64,000 nucleotides of DNA, from NCBI RefSeq assembly GCF_006345805.1, contig NC_043011.1, positions 18,984,464-19,048,463 on the forward strand, written 5' to 3'. The notes below the pieces were generated by a model. The model searched no databases. It worked only from the letters and a program-made list of their open reading frames with translations, and was not told the origin of the DNA. Position 1 is the first letter of the stretch, and every line of letters starts with the position of its first letter. The DNA comes from Octopus sinensis (lineage: Eukaryota). Of this stretch, positions 50,880 to 64,000 are shown piece by piece. Both the position numbers and the translations under genes were made by a program.

Positions 50880-52612
50880 TATTTCGAATTAAGTATCAGT
50901 CCCAATCTACACAAGCACGCCACTTAAATTTTGCTGTCATTTCTTTCTCGATAAATTTATCTATTTCCAATATTCTCAAGTACTTGTAGCCCGTCTCTTC
51001 TATTGTGCTTCATAACTTCCTCCGACGGTATCACTTGCCTGTCCATACATGTCATTTTTCCTCTCTTCTAGACTAACACGCAACGCTTTTTCCGTCCAAC
51101 CTCCATTCTGATATCAGCACCGTACCAACGAGGGAACTGACCTGTGATTAATCTCTACGATAGAGTTTGAAGTCATCCATGAAAAACAAGTGGTCGACTT
51201 TTTGTTGGCAGCTTTTGAATACATACCCAGACTTTGCTTTATCAGAATCAGTATTAGTGGTATCATGTACAGTACAAAGATCAGTACCCTTGGAAGACAC
51301 CTATCCTGATTTCTATTGTCCCTAAACTTCTTCCATGTGCTGTCAGTTCTATCATTCACTTCACCATACTTTTTGCAAGCTATCGTCAATATTCGATGCA
51401 ATATCAAATATGTTCATACATTCCATAATCCAAGAATGTGGGATTATAACGTATACCTTACGATAATCGATCCATGACATGGCTCGGTTAGATTTCCTCC
51501 CCTTGCAGTCTCTAAGTACTGTTTTGTCTACGAATAGTTGATCTTTGGTATCTCTGCACTTACGCTTGCAACACTTCTGCTCATGTGGCAGGACTCAATT
51601 CATATTTTTAGATGTCCGCTCTGCAACTATTCCAGACAATAATTTCCATATTAGTGACAAGAAGGATATCGGCCTGTAATTTTCTACCGTATTACTTCTT
51701 CCGATGTTTTTCAAGCACAGAACTGTCCTACCCATTGCCTACCACACTGGTGTTACTGAGACGGCATTTAAAAAAGGTGTTGAGTTGTGCAGCGAATCGT
51801 GCATGATATTCACCAAATCTTGAGATCCAGTAGCCTTGAAATCCATCTCGTCACGGGGCCTTCCAATGGCCATTTCTTTGCTGATTTCCTTTACTTCCCA
51901 AACTGAATTGATTAGTTCTGCCTCCTGCGGACAGACTACAGTTTGTTTCAGTACTTCTAACCATTCAGCATCCTTCTTGTGCTCGTTGTATTTGCCTTAG
52001 ATGTCACTCCAAGACCTTTGACTTTCAACGTTATATAGTATCGACTTTTCCTTTGTACACTCTGCATATATGGTTTTGTAGAATCTCTTCTGAACTACAC
52101 TGAATAAACTATTCTGCTGGTATCCGTTCATTCTTTGGTCGTATCTTACCATATGTGCTCTCTTTGCAACGAGGCGTTGTTTCAGTTCCATTACCACATC
52201 CAGGCTCTTTCTTTCAATATCATATTACTTTCTATCTTTGTTCGCTTTTTAAGCTCCCCCTTCTCTTTCCAGTCAAACACAGAACTGTCTCTCGAGAGCA
52301 TATCTATCCCTGCCTGTATTCTTTATTTATTCCACCATGGATATTTTCTTTGGTCACGCCCATAATATTTCGTTTTCTTGACATCAACGCCCACATTTTC
52401 TGATACAACAATACTTGCTGCCTTGATCAAATTATTTGTTTCTGTGATGTCTTTTGTTCTGCTGCATTTCAGAATTACATTCATCATCTTTTTTTCTTAG
52501 TTCAATTTCCACCGATCTAATTTTTTAATGTTGCAAATAATGTCGCTGTAGTTCTCCTGCAGCTTTGCCTTTCTTATCTCCTAGATTGCCTTTTGCCCAT
52601 CTATCATGTCAC
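50880..52612 (-). mobile_element. Older truncated R4/Dong-clade fragment (pre-RT region to RT)
   Basis: Minus translation gives ELKQRLVAKRAHMVRYDQR..YQQNSLF..QKRFYK (homologous to 26270-26390), nwkapgrd-like and HLFFMDDFKLY segments, and GYKYL. Many frameshifts; the 5' end abuts the (AAT/GAT)n tract. Confidence 0.85.
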
Positions 52613-52638
52613 CATTATTATTATTATTATCATCATCA

Positions 52639-52702
<64 letters not shown>

Positions 52703-52722
52703 CATTATTATTATTATTATAA

Positions 52723-52753
<31 letters not shown>

Positions 52754-52824
52754 CATTATCATTAATAGTATTATCATTATTATTATTATTATCATTATTA
52801 TTATTATTATCATTATTATTATGA

Positions 52825-52858
<34 letters not shown>

Positions 52859-52904
52859 CACTATCATTAATATTATTATCATTATTATTATTATTATTAT
52901 CATT

Positions 52905-52966
<62 letters not shown>

Positions 52967-52990
52967 TAATAATATTTCATTATCATTATT
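52612..52990. repeat. (ATT/ATC)n then (AAT)n trinucleotide repeat
   Basis: Directly visible; orientation switches from ATT to AAT near 52908. Confidence 0.96.
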
Positions 52991-53627
52991 ATTTATCGGT
53001 ATTTTATGTACATATGTATAAGTTTGCGTGTCCAGAAATGCATATGCATCCGTGTATCCTAAAATACATATGGTATATTGATGTTTCAAACTAATTCATT
53101 TGTATAAACAAGAACGCTCACGTGAGGCTCGTTGTGATATCAACCATATTTATTTAAAGAATATAATTAAATCAAATATTTCTGTTATACTATATTGATT
53201 TTTCAGATGGACAACTGTTAGAAAGCATGTGTTTCTACAAGCAATTTTAATATCTATTATATTTGTTTTATGTCACCTTCTAAAATATAAGGAATTTTCT
53301 AAAATGTGTAAACAACATTCCGTGCCAATAGTTAGCTTAGAATGCCATAGACAATAGGAGACCGCATGATATATATTAGTGGTGTAGAAACGAAAACATT
53401 TCATGTCAGAATGTGTGCGATATGCAGATGGTTTAAATTTACAGTATAAAATAAAAGTTCTTTGAACAAAACATTGACAATATAAGATCTAACTCTGCCA
53501 AATCATGAGTTTCACACAGAATCAAAGGCTGTTCTTCTTTAGTTAATAAGCTTGGTAATTATGAATGAGATTAACACTATTTTACTCCAAATAATTTACA
53601 GAGGTCGTAGATTGATGCATATATATA

Positions 53628-53671
<44 letters not shown>

Positions 53672-53749
53672 CATTATATTATTTTTGTATTTACTTAATC
53701 TTTACTTCTTAATTGTTATTTTAAGTCCAACTTTTCTATTATATGTACT

Positions 53750-53831
<82 letters not shown>

Positions 53832-55321
53832 TTTTGATATTTCAAACTAATTCATCGGTATAAACAGGAACGCTTACGTGTTGCTCGTTGTGATATCAGA
53901 TCTGCACTTTGGCCATAGCATATCTTTATTATTGTCACACGGTCTTCTGCACATGCGTGCTTATAGCTGTTACTATTTTGGTCACTTGATCGAAATCTGA
54001 GCGTGATCGCGCCAGTTCTCTTACTGGATACAGAGTGTAAGCGTAACCTCTCTACTAGCAATGTGCACAAAAGAACAAAGAGCAACGATCCGCCATCCCT
54101 GGTGGGAATGTTATTCAGGTGCCGAAATGCATCCGAGCCTTATTAGCACAATATGGAAATAGTGCAATACCACATAGAAGTGTGTGTTTGTATGTGTGTA
54201 TGTATGTATGTATGTATGTATGCGTGTGTATGTGAACGAAAAGCCGGCAAGTCAGGAGGATTTCAGCGGTAGATGCACCAAAATTTACCAAAAGTGAGGA
54301 TTTTTCTCTACGGTGAAGTTGCCTTTAGAAGGCAGTGAAGTTGCCTTTAGAAGTTGAAATATGTCACAAACTTATTTGAACTAACGTACAATTCTCTTAG
54401 ACTTAAGCGCTACCTGGCGCTCATACTGCCGAAATTCTTCCAATCTGGTGAGAGCACTAACGGCAATAAAATGTGACACGAATAACTGCAACGAAGACTA
54501 TGATCAGCAGGAAAGGAAACAGTATTCTTTACGACTGCATTGGCACGATGCATTTCATTTACAAGAATACAAGATCCAAACAAGTAAATTCGGGTTTTAG
54601 CGAGGCAGATTGGTTTGGAGTCACCACCATGAAGCGTATCGTACCTAGGCCATCTTTTAGTTTATGAAATATGTATATATTGGTTGTGGTGAACTTCATT
54701 CAACATTGGCGCTGTGAATTTCCTCAAATGTTTCATAATCACACCATAACCTATTTAATCTATATAACAAATGAATACTAGGAAATATAATAATACTAGG
54801 AAATATAATAATGACCTTAGTCGTTTTAAATATGAATAATAACGTTACATATGGTTGTTATTGTAGACTGAGTAGCTGTCAGTCGTTGCGGGGTAATTGC
54901 TTACAAAATGATTAAAATGTTTTTTTTCATTCCCCTTAGGAGAGCGAAAGAAAACATTCATTTTGGTATATAGTTGTTTGTGGCTGACTGTAAGCTCCCG
55001 TGAGTATATATGCATTATGATACACGCATGCAAACAGCTGTACAGATAAATAATATGGTAAGAATATATCTGTATGTCGTAATATCTCACTGCAAGTAAT
55101 CAATTAAAAATTGATACGTGATGGGCATGTTAAGTACGGTATATCAAATGACATAACCGCATGGCGTATACAGTATACGTTCTAGTTTAAAACTTTTCCA
55201 AATTGTTATGCTACAGAAAAAAAGTATCTTACCGCCTAACATAATAGCGAGAAATCAAGGAAAACGATTAGGAGTATAGAGACAGAATCATGGAAATCAC
55301 GTAGATAAGGAGAAAATTGAA

Positions 55322-55570
55322 CTTACTCTTTTACTCTTTACTCTTTAACTTGTTTCAGTCATTTGACTGCGGCAATGCTGGAGCACCGCTTTTAGTCGAG
55401 CAAATCGACCCCATGACTTTGTAAGCCTTGTACTTATTCTATCGGTCTCTTTTGCCGAACCGCTAACTTACGGGGACATAAACACATCAGCATCGATTGT
55501 CAAGCGATGTTGGGGGGGTACAAACACAGACACAGAATCACACACATAGACACACATATATATATAGACG

Positions 55571-55640
<70 letters not shown>

Positions 55641-55807
55641 CAACGAGCTTCTTTTTTTAGTTTCCGTCTACCAAATCCACTCACAAGGCTTTGGTCAGCC
55701 CGAAGCTATAATAGAAGGCACTTGCCCAAAGTTCCACGCAGTGGGACTGAACCCGGATCCATGTGGTTGGTAAGCAAGTTACTTACCACTCAGCCAGCCC
55801 TGCGCCT
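55322..55807 (-). mobile_element. Full-length tRNA-derived SINE family A, minus strand
   Basis: Reverse complement of 38161-38598 along the whole length. Confidence 0.92.
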
Positions 55808-56524
55808 ATAGAGAAATGTTCTATGCCTGTTGTTATTGTATTTGCATAATTTTGTTTTTCGTCTCTTTTCAATACATGTTTGTTTCTTTCTACAATGGGA
55901 GAAACAAGATCTATATTTCTTACTCTTGAAGATAATTATTTGATCAGCTGGTACTATTTTTAATTTCTCTTACAGTTACTTTGCCTTACGCAATATTCTA
56001 TGTAGTGGATAAAAGTTTACTTTAAGAGAAAATAAACTATACTCGTTTTCATTTTTCTCTTTTCCAGCTGCAAGGCACTGTAGCACACTAGTACTTGTAT
56101 CCCTAAGGGTTGTCTTAGAAACAAACTCTCTTACATGAACAGACACAAACACTCACGTCTATAAACGTGTGGTTGGGCGTAATATCAGTGTGTTAAATAT
56201 AGGCAAGTATGTTCTTCTGGGCGAGAAATATTTATAGAAATATATTTACAAATGATAAATTAATATTATATTTCCCTAACCTGGCTACAAATGATTGGCA
56301 GGAGTTATATAACAATTTTACTTACCTACATTTATATTCATACAGTGCATCTTTAAAATGTTCCAAAGTCGAAACAGGTTATCTCACTATATTTAACAGA
56401 CTACTTTTAAGATGAGAACTGAAAATAAGACTGCTTGATTGACTATATCGATTTGTTTTCAAAGCTTTCCATTGATGTTATTGAAATAGATAAAATTTGG
56501 AGTGGATATCATAACTTACATTTC

Positions 56525-56582
<58 letters not shown>

Positions 56583-56730
56583 ACAGAGGGCATTATTACA
56601 CATAAATGCCTCACGCTAAGAGGGACATAAGTCATTACTACCAAAATATAACTAATCATACCTAATGCAGTTCCTGAAGCAAGACATTAAAAAAATGAAT
56701 TTAGTTTTATATCACCTGTGATTTCACAAT

Positions 56731-56785
<55 letters not shown>

Positions 56786-56799
56786 TATATATATATACA

Positions 56800-57610
56800 T
56801 GGTGAATTCTCTCATCGTGAACGACAAAGTATTTACCAGGATTCTTGTCTCTACTGGAAACAATTCTGGAAATCACCTTTTGGGATACTGCAGAGCTGTG
56901 CCGTCGAACTTTGATTAATGCCCTCTCTTCACTCAAATCTCCCTTTGAGTGTTTTCTTTGTGCTTTGGAAATAGACAAAAGTCACAAGGAGTCAAGTCTG
57001 GGGAGTAGGGATCTTGACGAAAAGGTGGTGTGTTTTGCTTGACGACAAATGTTTGGCCGACGTGAGCAGAATGAGCGGGTGCGTTTTCATGGTGGAGTTC
57101 CCTCTTCTTTACTTCCCACATGTCGGGTCCTTGCCACCGCACAACTTCATGAAGGAGAGGAAGAACCCTCAGGTAATATTATTTATTGATTTTCTGACCT
57201 TGTTTTGCATATTCATAGTTCATTGTCCACTGACGGGTAATCACTTTTGAACCGGTTCTACCACTCCATTATTTGTGTTTTTCTCCATAGCATTATCTCC
57301 AAATGTCTTCTAAATTTTCTCGGTTAATCTGGGATTGTGTATCAGGAAAGTCCTAGACGAATTTGAAACAGTCTCTTTGCTCAATGCGCTTCGTTATCTT
57401 GACACAAAAAGAAAAGTCTCACAGCACACTCTTCACGCCTGGATTCAACCCTTCACTGCGGACAAATGGCGCAACCTACTGACACAAACATATTTGCGCA
57501 TGCTCAGGAAGGACGCGGCCACCTAATACCTACGCGGATTTTGCTCACGCGTTATTATTCTGTACAAAAATTCAAAGTCGTACGCCGTTTGACTACAACT
57601 CTTATATAAT
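56800..57610 (-). mobile_element. Degenerate mariner transposon
   Basis: ORF 56933..57142 has LHHENAPAHSAH...QDPYSPDLTPCDFCLFPK; TIR-like ttgactaca.ctc.tata at ~57590. Confidence 0.87.
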
Positions 57611-57745
57611 TTAGAAAAAGTTGCATACATTTTTTCTATACCTCGTATATAATTTAGAAAAAATCGTATGTTTTTTTATTACACCTCTGATATAATTTAA
57701 TAAAACTCGTGTGCTTTTAGACTACACCTCGCATATGATTTAGAA
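57589..57745. repeat. Degenerate ~42-bp minisatellite (4 units) resembling the mariner TIR plus flank
   Basis: Units share tac.cctcg.atataatttaga.aaa. Confidence 0.7.
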
Positions 57746-57954
57746 TTCAAATATAATCTTAGTCACCACATTTTGCAAGACTGATAATCTAGATGCGTGA
57801 GTAACATATGTTTATAGTATCAGTTGTCTACTACTTCACCAAACTATACTACAAGGCCAATATATTTCATTTGGGGACGCATGTCCTATTGCAATTATAA
57901 GAATACGTTTTCACGTATGGCTTAAACATTTTGCTCACAGTATAAGGACACAGA

Positions 57955-58330
57955 AGCGGTGAGTAGTAAAATGCTTTGGGCGCCGGGAAAATGCTTAGAG
58001 GCATTTCGTTCGAATTTAAATTGTGCGTTTAAATTCCATCGAATTGACTTTGCCTTTCATCGTCGATAATATAAGTACATGTCGAGCACACGGATCGTTG
58101 TAATCGACTTACCACTTGCTCGGAATTGCTGGCGTTGTGCAAAAAGTTGAAATTAGTATAAGGGACACAGATAAGACGACGAGCTAGCAGAATCATTAGC
58201 GCACCAGGCGAAATGTTTGGTGATATTCCGTTCGGCTTCACGTTTTGAGTTCAAATTCAGCCGACTGGGGTCAATGAAATCAACTGACACTTTGCCTGAA
58301 ATTGTTGGTCTTGTGCCAAAACTTGAAAAC
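57955..58330 (+). mobile_element. Two tandem SINE family B copies (57955-58155 and 58175-58330)
   Basis: Both contain gttcaaattc/tttaaattcc and a tgctgg..ttgtgc.aaaa tail; the second head is gacgagctagcagaatcattagc. Confidence 0.78.
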
Positions 58331-61129
58331 TTTGGAAGGAACAAAAATTAGTATACTTTCAAAAACGTAGCATAAAGATATTCTTCATATTTGATACTGC
58401 ATATTTACTTATACATGTTACATTATTCAATATCCGACTAAAAAATAATATTATCTATTTAACAACAGTACACGTTTGAATTACCAACATACATCTTGTT
58501 TCATATTGTTTTTTCTCTGTACAATCTGTATGTGATTGGATATCAAATCAATTTACTCTGAATCAAATACAGCGATGTATATTGAAATGCTTCTATATTT
58601 TTGTCAATCATCCACCAAACTATTTACCGGGTTATATTTATTCTTTTTCTGTGCAAAGATTAACTAAGCCATTTTGTATTCGATAATAATAGCTTCAATC
58701 AAAATACAAAAGTTAAAATAAAGTAATGCAGTCTTATTTTCAAATTTCTCATGCAAGATATTGAATCCCTTCCAGACAGAATTCAATAACAATGTTAAAA
58801 TTTGAAATTCGTATATGCTTTCAATGAAGAGTCACTCGGGTTTTTCTCTTTATTGACATAGTTAAGCTAATATTTGATATGTAGAGAACTTTTGAGCAAA
58901 CACGTCAAACGATATACCAAGTAGTAACTTAGAACACATGCAATAGAGAAAGGAATTTTCTGTTTTATTATTGAGCATTTATTATCTAACAACAAAATAA
59001 TACGGTATCTGCTTCGTTGTTACTCGAGGAAAATGTATTGTTAATGTTATTCGTATACAATAGGCATTTAGTTCTTTCTTTGCGCCAATTAAAGCAATAT
59101 ATTATTGTTGTAGAATCGTAATTTTCTCATCACTATGCATCAATAGCAATGTTATACTGAATGTTTTATTTTTACAGAACATTAATTCAAACAATATGAA
59201 ATGGAATAATACACTTCGGTGCTTATTCACATGAACTGTTGTATCTATAACAAATATGAATCTAAACACCTTTCGGTATTCAGACTTATCTATTTACTCT
59301 ATAGCTCTATGTTTAACATACACAAAAATTCCTTTTGCATAGGTCTCCTTCAGTAATCATCATTTGTCAAGATCGGTTCTTGGTTATGGGTGTTAAATTT
59401 AATCATGCATAAAATTCCATGTATAGCTACTCACCACCTAGACACAGAACACCAGTGTTCAACCAGATCTTAATGTACCGGGCTTATTTAGCTGTTCATC
59501 AGTTTTTTTGTTAGACATGGTGTACACATTCTCTAATTAGTTCCTCTTTTCCCCAAAATCCTATTATTCTTTCTCGTCGGAATTTTAGTACCCCTTTATT
59601 ATTGTCAAACTTCAACGTAAAATTTTCCTCGTAGCATGGTAAGGTTTTACTGCATTGTGCAGTATATATCTTGTAAGCTTTAAGAGGTTTTCTTTCTTAG
59701 AAAGACAAATTTACATTCTCTCCACTGGTTTGGAATAGCGAAAGAATATATATCTGAGATAAAATACCTATTATGTCTTCATTGAAACCTGAGGCTATGC
59801 TAAATCATGTTCGTGGCTTTGTTTGGCTCATCAATATGCATGCACACATATATGCATATATATACAAATATACGTATGTAATGTAAATGCATACAGGAAT
59901 AATACACTCTATGTGAATCTATGGAAAATCACAATAGATTTAGAAGCTGTCAGTGAGAATCTTTGGACAAATCGGCCCTTTCTTAATGATAAACAAATGT
60001 TTAAATGAATGTATTTTGCAGTGAAAATATATATTAACAATCTAATACTAGAATAAATTTATGTACATAATTTTAAAAGATATAATTTTAACCACAGAAT
60101 TTTTACCGAAGTAACCGCTCACCTCTGTTGTGCTCGTAAATGTGTATAGAGAAAAACAATAGATGCGGACAGAATATGAATTTCAGTTATTTATTAGTCC
60201 TGTTAGATAACAGAGCTGTGTCTGGAATACATTACTTGGGTCACCATTACTGGACACCTTTTGCTGCACCTACAGATAACCAAAATACGAGTAAACAAAT
60301 GGATCTTGTTGGTTTAATGACGATACTCCAGTTGTTAGATGAATTCAGTTTTTGATCATGGAGATAAATGAGCATTCGTCAGACACATTTACAAAATATT
60401 GTATTTTCTAGAAATGTCAATATTAAACGTGTCGTATGAGTAAATAGTTGATGTACGGTTAAAATCTGATAACGTGCTTCCACGCGAATTTCTTCTCTTT
60501 TCCAAGTAAAAAACCCGTCGATTACATCATACAAAAATACTACTTTACGTGTGTCATGCATCAGGATGAAAAACAGAACAACCTAATAATTTCTCATTAA
60601 GCATAATTTCATATTTTTGCGCAAAATAATGATATAAATGACATAAAAATATCGAAAACCAGACCAAAATTTATAGTTTAATCTACCAGTTATAGGAGGA
60701 CAATGCAATATTTTTTCGATGGTAATTAAGTGTACTAAACGTAACTGCTTAAAATATGTAACGGGTCGTTCAAATATGCCTGGCATTTATGTGTGCGTTT
60801 GTGTTTGTATGTCTATGTATGTACCTGTACATATTATTATCTATCTGTATATGCATGTGCGTGTAAGTTAAGTTACGTGAAAACTGATGCCTTGACGACT
60901 AACGGTAACAGGAAGGACAAGAAAAAGACAAAAAATAACGCCAAAACGGATAACGTAGAACAATAAGGATAGTAACTGACAGAGCCCAGGTTTTCTGAAA
61001 ATTTTAATTAAATAGCACCTGCAAGCATGGGGAAAAAGGAGAGTTCTGAAGCTTTGCCCATTCCAAAACTTATCAGAATCACAAGCAGGGAAATCTGAAA
61101 AAAAACCCAGCTGGGATAAAGGTATATAC

Positions 61130-61228
61130 AGGAGTGGTGATGTGAAACACCCAGGCTCAGGAAGTCACAAAAACAATGGTGGTGCTCCAGTATGACCACG
61201 GCCGCCGCATGGCTGAAGAGAGTAAAAG
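61130..61228 (+). mobile_element. SINE fragment sharing the family A 3' tail
   Basis: ggtggtgctccagtatgaccacgg...tgaa..gagtaaaagattaaaagattaaaaga. Confidence 0.55.
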
Positions 61229-61634
61229 ATTAAAAGATTAAAAGAGTGTATACTTATATATACATATATATATATATAAAATTATCACTATGGACTCCGT
61301 GTGGGCAGTCATCTAAAAGTTTTTGCTCGTCATGATGCTGACATAAGTTCCTTGTCTTTCCTGGTGAGAAGACGGCATAATGCACCCCTTATTCTTTCGC
61401 AATTAGGAATATGCAGTCTTCGAAAGATATGTCGAGAATAAAGGAATTTTGTTAAATCGTCGTTCGACTCTTTCATTTATTTATAGTAAAAAAAAACACA
61501 CACATTTCCACACGAAAGCACGTGATCTCTGCCTTTGGCATGTAGCTTCAACCCTGTTTTCTGACGTGAATTTGCTACCCAGGTATCGGTTAACCGAATT
61601 ATCAATACTAGGATAATTCATTCAACTACTTAAA

Positions 61635-61637
<3 letters not shown>

Positions 61638-61732
<95 letters not shown>

Positions 61733-61782
61733 AGAGAGATAGAGAGATAGATAGATAGATTGATAGATAGATAGATAGATTT

Positions 61783-61864
<82 letters not shown>
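61638..61864. repeat. (TA)n plus (TAGA)n microsatellite
   Basis: Directly visible. Confidence 0.96.
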
Positions 61865-62600
61865 TATCGGAAAAATAGATATATATCAGAAGGGTCAATT
61901 CAAAATAGAACATTTCTTTTCGAAAAAAGGAGACAATCAAAATGGATCGAAAGCGTTTGTGACGTGTAAACAGCAAAAAAAAAACGGCGTAAAAGTATAA
62001 AAGAGGTTTATCCGTGGAAAGAAAAGCCTACGGAAAAGATCATTATAACCTCAGGTAGGGACAGTAACACATCAGAACAAAGCGCTCTCTCTCTCCTCCC
62101 TCTTCGAAACAGGATCATGCTTCAAGTGCTTCCGTCATTTACGCGTACCATCTTTGCTACCTTTTATTGAAACTTTTATGAGACAAAACTTCCCTCTCCA
62201 TTCTCACCTTCCTTTTCAAGTAGTACTTGCAAAACTTGATGAGCGACTGGCTGGAGAGGAAAGTGTTAGTCTCAAAACCTTTCGCACCGTTCCACCATAC
62301 ACTCTTTTTGACCATCGCCACCGGTACAATGAAAACTGCCTTACTTTCCCTGTTAAAGAAATGTGGTGGGTCAACATTCCCGATTGACTCGGCCGATAAT
62401 AGAATTCGTCCTACATGTGTGAGCAGCCGTTCGACATAAATCCACAGGTCTGAAATGGTTGAGAAAGTTTTCGTCGCTCTTACTGCATCTCGCGCAAGTC
62501 GGTCCGGTGTAACTCAAACAGTGGCTGCAGATAGTATCCTGAACGGGCAATGCTTCCCGATAGCACTGCCAATCCAGGGATCTCTGGAGATTGCCCATAG
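61865..62600 (-). mobile_element. 3' end of an L1/Tx1-clade LINE (zf-RVT region and 3' UTR)
   Basis: Minus frames give SLDWQCYREALPVQD...GPTCARCSKSDE (zf-RVT-like W..LP...C..C...E), then after a frameshift TISDLWIYVERLL...FLSSQSLIKFCKYYLKRKVRMEREVLSHKSFNKR. The T-rich 3' UTR runs into (CTAT)n. Confidence 0.8.
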
Positions 62601-64000
62601 GTCAATGAATGAAATAAACATCAACTGAAAAATCGGAGAAATAAAAGGGCATTGCTAGAGATGTATACGTCCCCAAATTTGTTGTCTCATAACATCCAGA
62701 AGGATGGATACATTTTAACAAAATTTCCTAAAAAAAATACCGCTTAGATGGTGTGGGCTCAGAATATATAGAGCTTTATGGGAAATAATTTTCCCGATGG
62801 GCTGGATAGAGAAGTTTCGGATAATTCATACAATCTGATAACTTTCAGGAAAATGAGTATCTTTTAATGAAATCACTTCCAAACGGCATAGATTACGACT
62901 ATAACGAAGTTTGTGGGGAAATACGTTTCGGGAATTTTCCCTATTTTTCTTAAACCTCAGCTTTCGAAAAGATGGGTTTGAGGTGGGAGGCATCTTTGTT
63001 TGAAAAGATGTTTTCAAAAACCTTTATATTTTCCACCCTGCCACCCTCTTCATCCCACACCGAACCTATTTTGGCCAATTTTTACCACTTCAAAACCATT
63101 GCTAATATTTTCAGAGGAAAAGTGTGTGTTTTAAGGGCAATTTGGCTGTCATTTCTATCACATATGAAGACAACCTCCCCCGTTTCTTTATCACTCTCGC
63201 ATATATTGCGGTTTCCAATAATTTGCCCATAAATACATTTATATGCTATAAAAAGAAAATTTGAGAAATTACGAATTTTTGCAACCCCACACGCTGCCCC
63301 TGATTGTTTCTGTTTAGAAATCAAAATATTGAAAACTTGAGAAGGTCATTGCTGGCACTTATCCATAGTGATTCTAAAAATGCTACGTAAACGATAATTC
63401 ATTTTAATAGCATACTTTTCAGACAGAAATTGTTTTTTCTTACACACGCACACGGCTTCGATTGATTGAGGTAGGGGTAAAAATTACGATTACAATTTAT
63501 TATGTTCCCTATAGTCCACACGTGTTTTATTTCGGCATCGTTATTCCCTAAAATGTGATTAATGCTAGAAAATATTGAAAGAAACATCAATAAAATGTGT
63601 AAGTAAAAATGGAGGGTGGTTTGTGTTGTGCTAGAAACAATAGCGAAACCTCCATTGAATTGATCACATTTTTCTTTAAAAATATTTACCATCTGTTTGT
63701 TTTCGTTTTACCAAACATGCTCCTCGCATGGTTTTAAGTTAAAAAAGAAAATGGCTAAAATCAGTCTGAATAGTTATTTTTGTAAGGCTTATAGCGTTGC
63801 AAACAGCCATAACAATAAAATCACTTTCTTTTTTACAAACAGTATATGGGTATTTCAATAAAAAATTTCATTCAATAATGTTTTTAAATTTCGTATACAG
63901 TAATAAAATAAAGTGTCGATTTTCCAAACAGTGAATTAAAGCTTGAAATGAAAACATTGAAAGAAAATGCGAGAGATTTTAAAATGAATATGAAATACAC

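Noticed and set aside
54311-54810. Short tandem duplications (22 bp at ~54311-54352, 19 bp at ~54773-54811; similar at ~18476-18515)
   Set aside because: These are ordinary slippage duplications with no further structure.
57589-57745. CRISPR-like array
   Set aside because: Eukaryotic context, degenerate units, no unique spacers and no cas genes. No CRISPR array is seen anywhere in the window.
62371-62598. Cys-rich ORF as a host EGF/laminin-like exon
   Set aside because: It continues by frameshift into a LINE ORF2 C-terminus and matches the zf-RVT pattern of L1/Tx1 elements.

Overview
This is an AT-rich eukaryotic window with no intact host gene that I can recognise. Microsatellite density ((TA)n, (CA)n, (TAA)n, (TAGA)n, (GAT)n) and the SINE families look like an octopod cephalopod genome; that taxon call is inference from recalled repeat consensus, not a database result. 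The window is almost all mobile DNA. It holds a probably full-length R4/Dong-clade RLE retrotransposon (~23.5-29.0 kb) and a second truncated copy, a 5'-truncated RTE LINE, a Penelope-like (PLE) GIY-YIG fragment, an L1/Tx1 3' end, three mariner remnants and at least four tRNA-derived SINE families. The main signal is a set of self-cleaving-ribozyme motifs and fold-back structures tied to microsatellite-embedded retroelements. Two minimal type I hammerheads have an intact CUGANGA/GAAA core and a palindromic stem III (15431-15508 +, 46798-46884 -). A tRNA-headed SINE carries a hammerhead in its tail. An HDV-like fold sits at the 5' boundary of the Dong element, which appears to have inserted into the internal (TAA)n tract of that SINE. 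Several fold-back inverted duplications of different ages are present. All folds and alignments were done by eye and need computational or experimental confirmation. Most entries in the ORF track are microsatellite translations.
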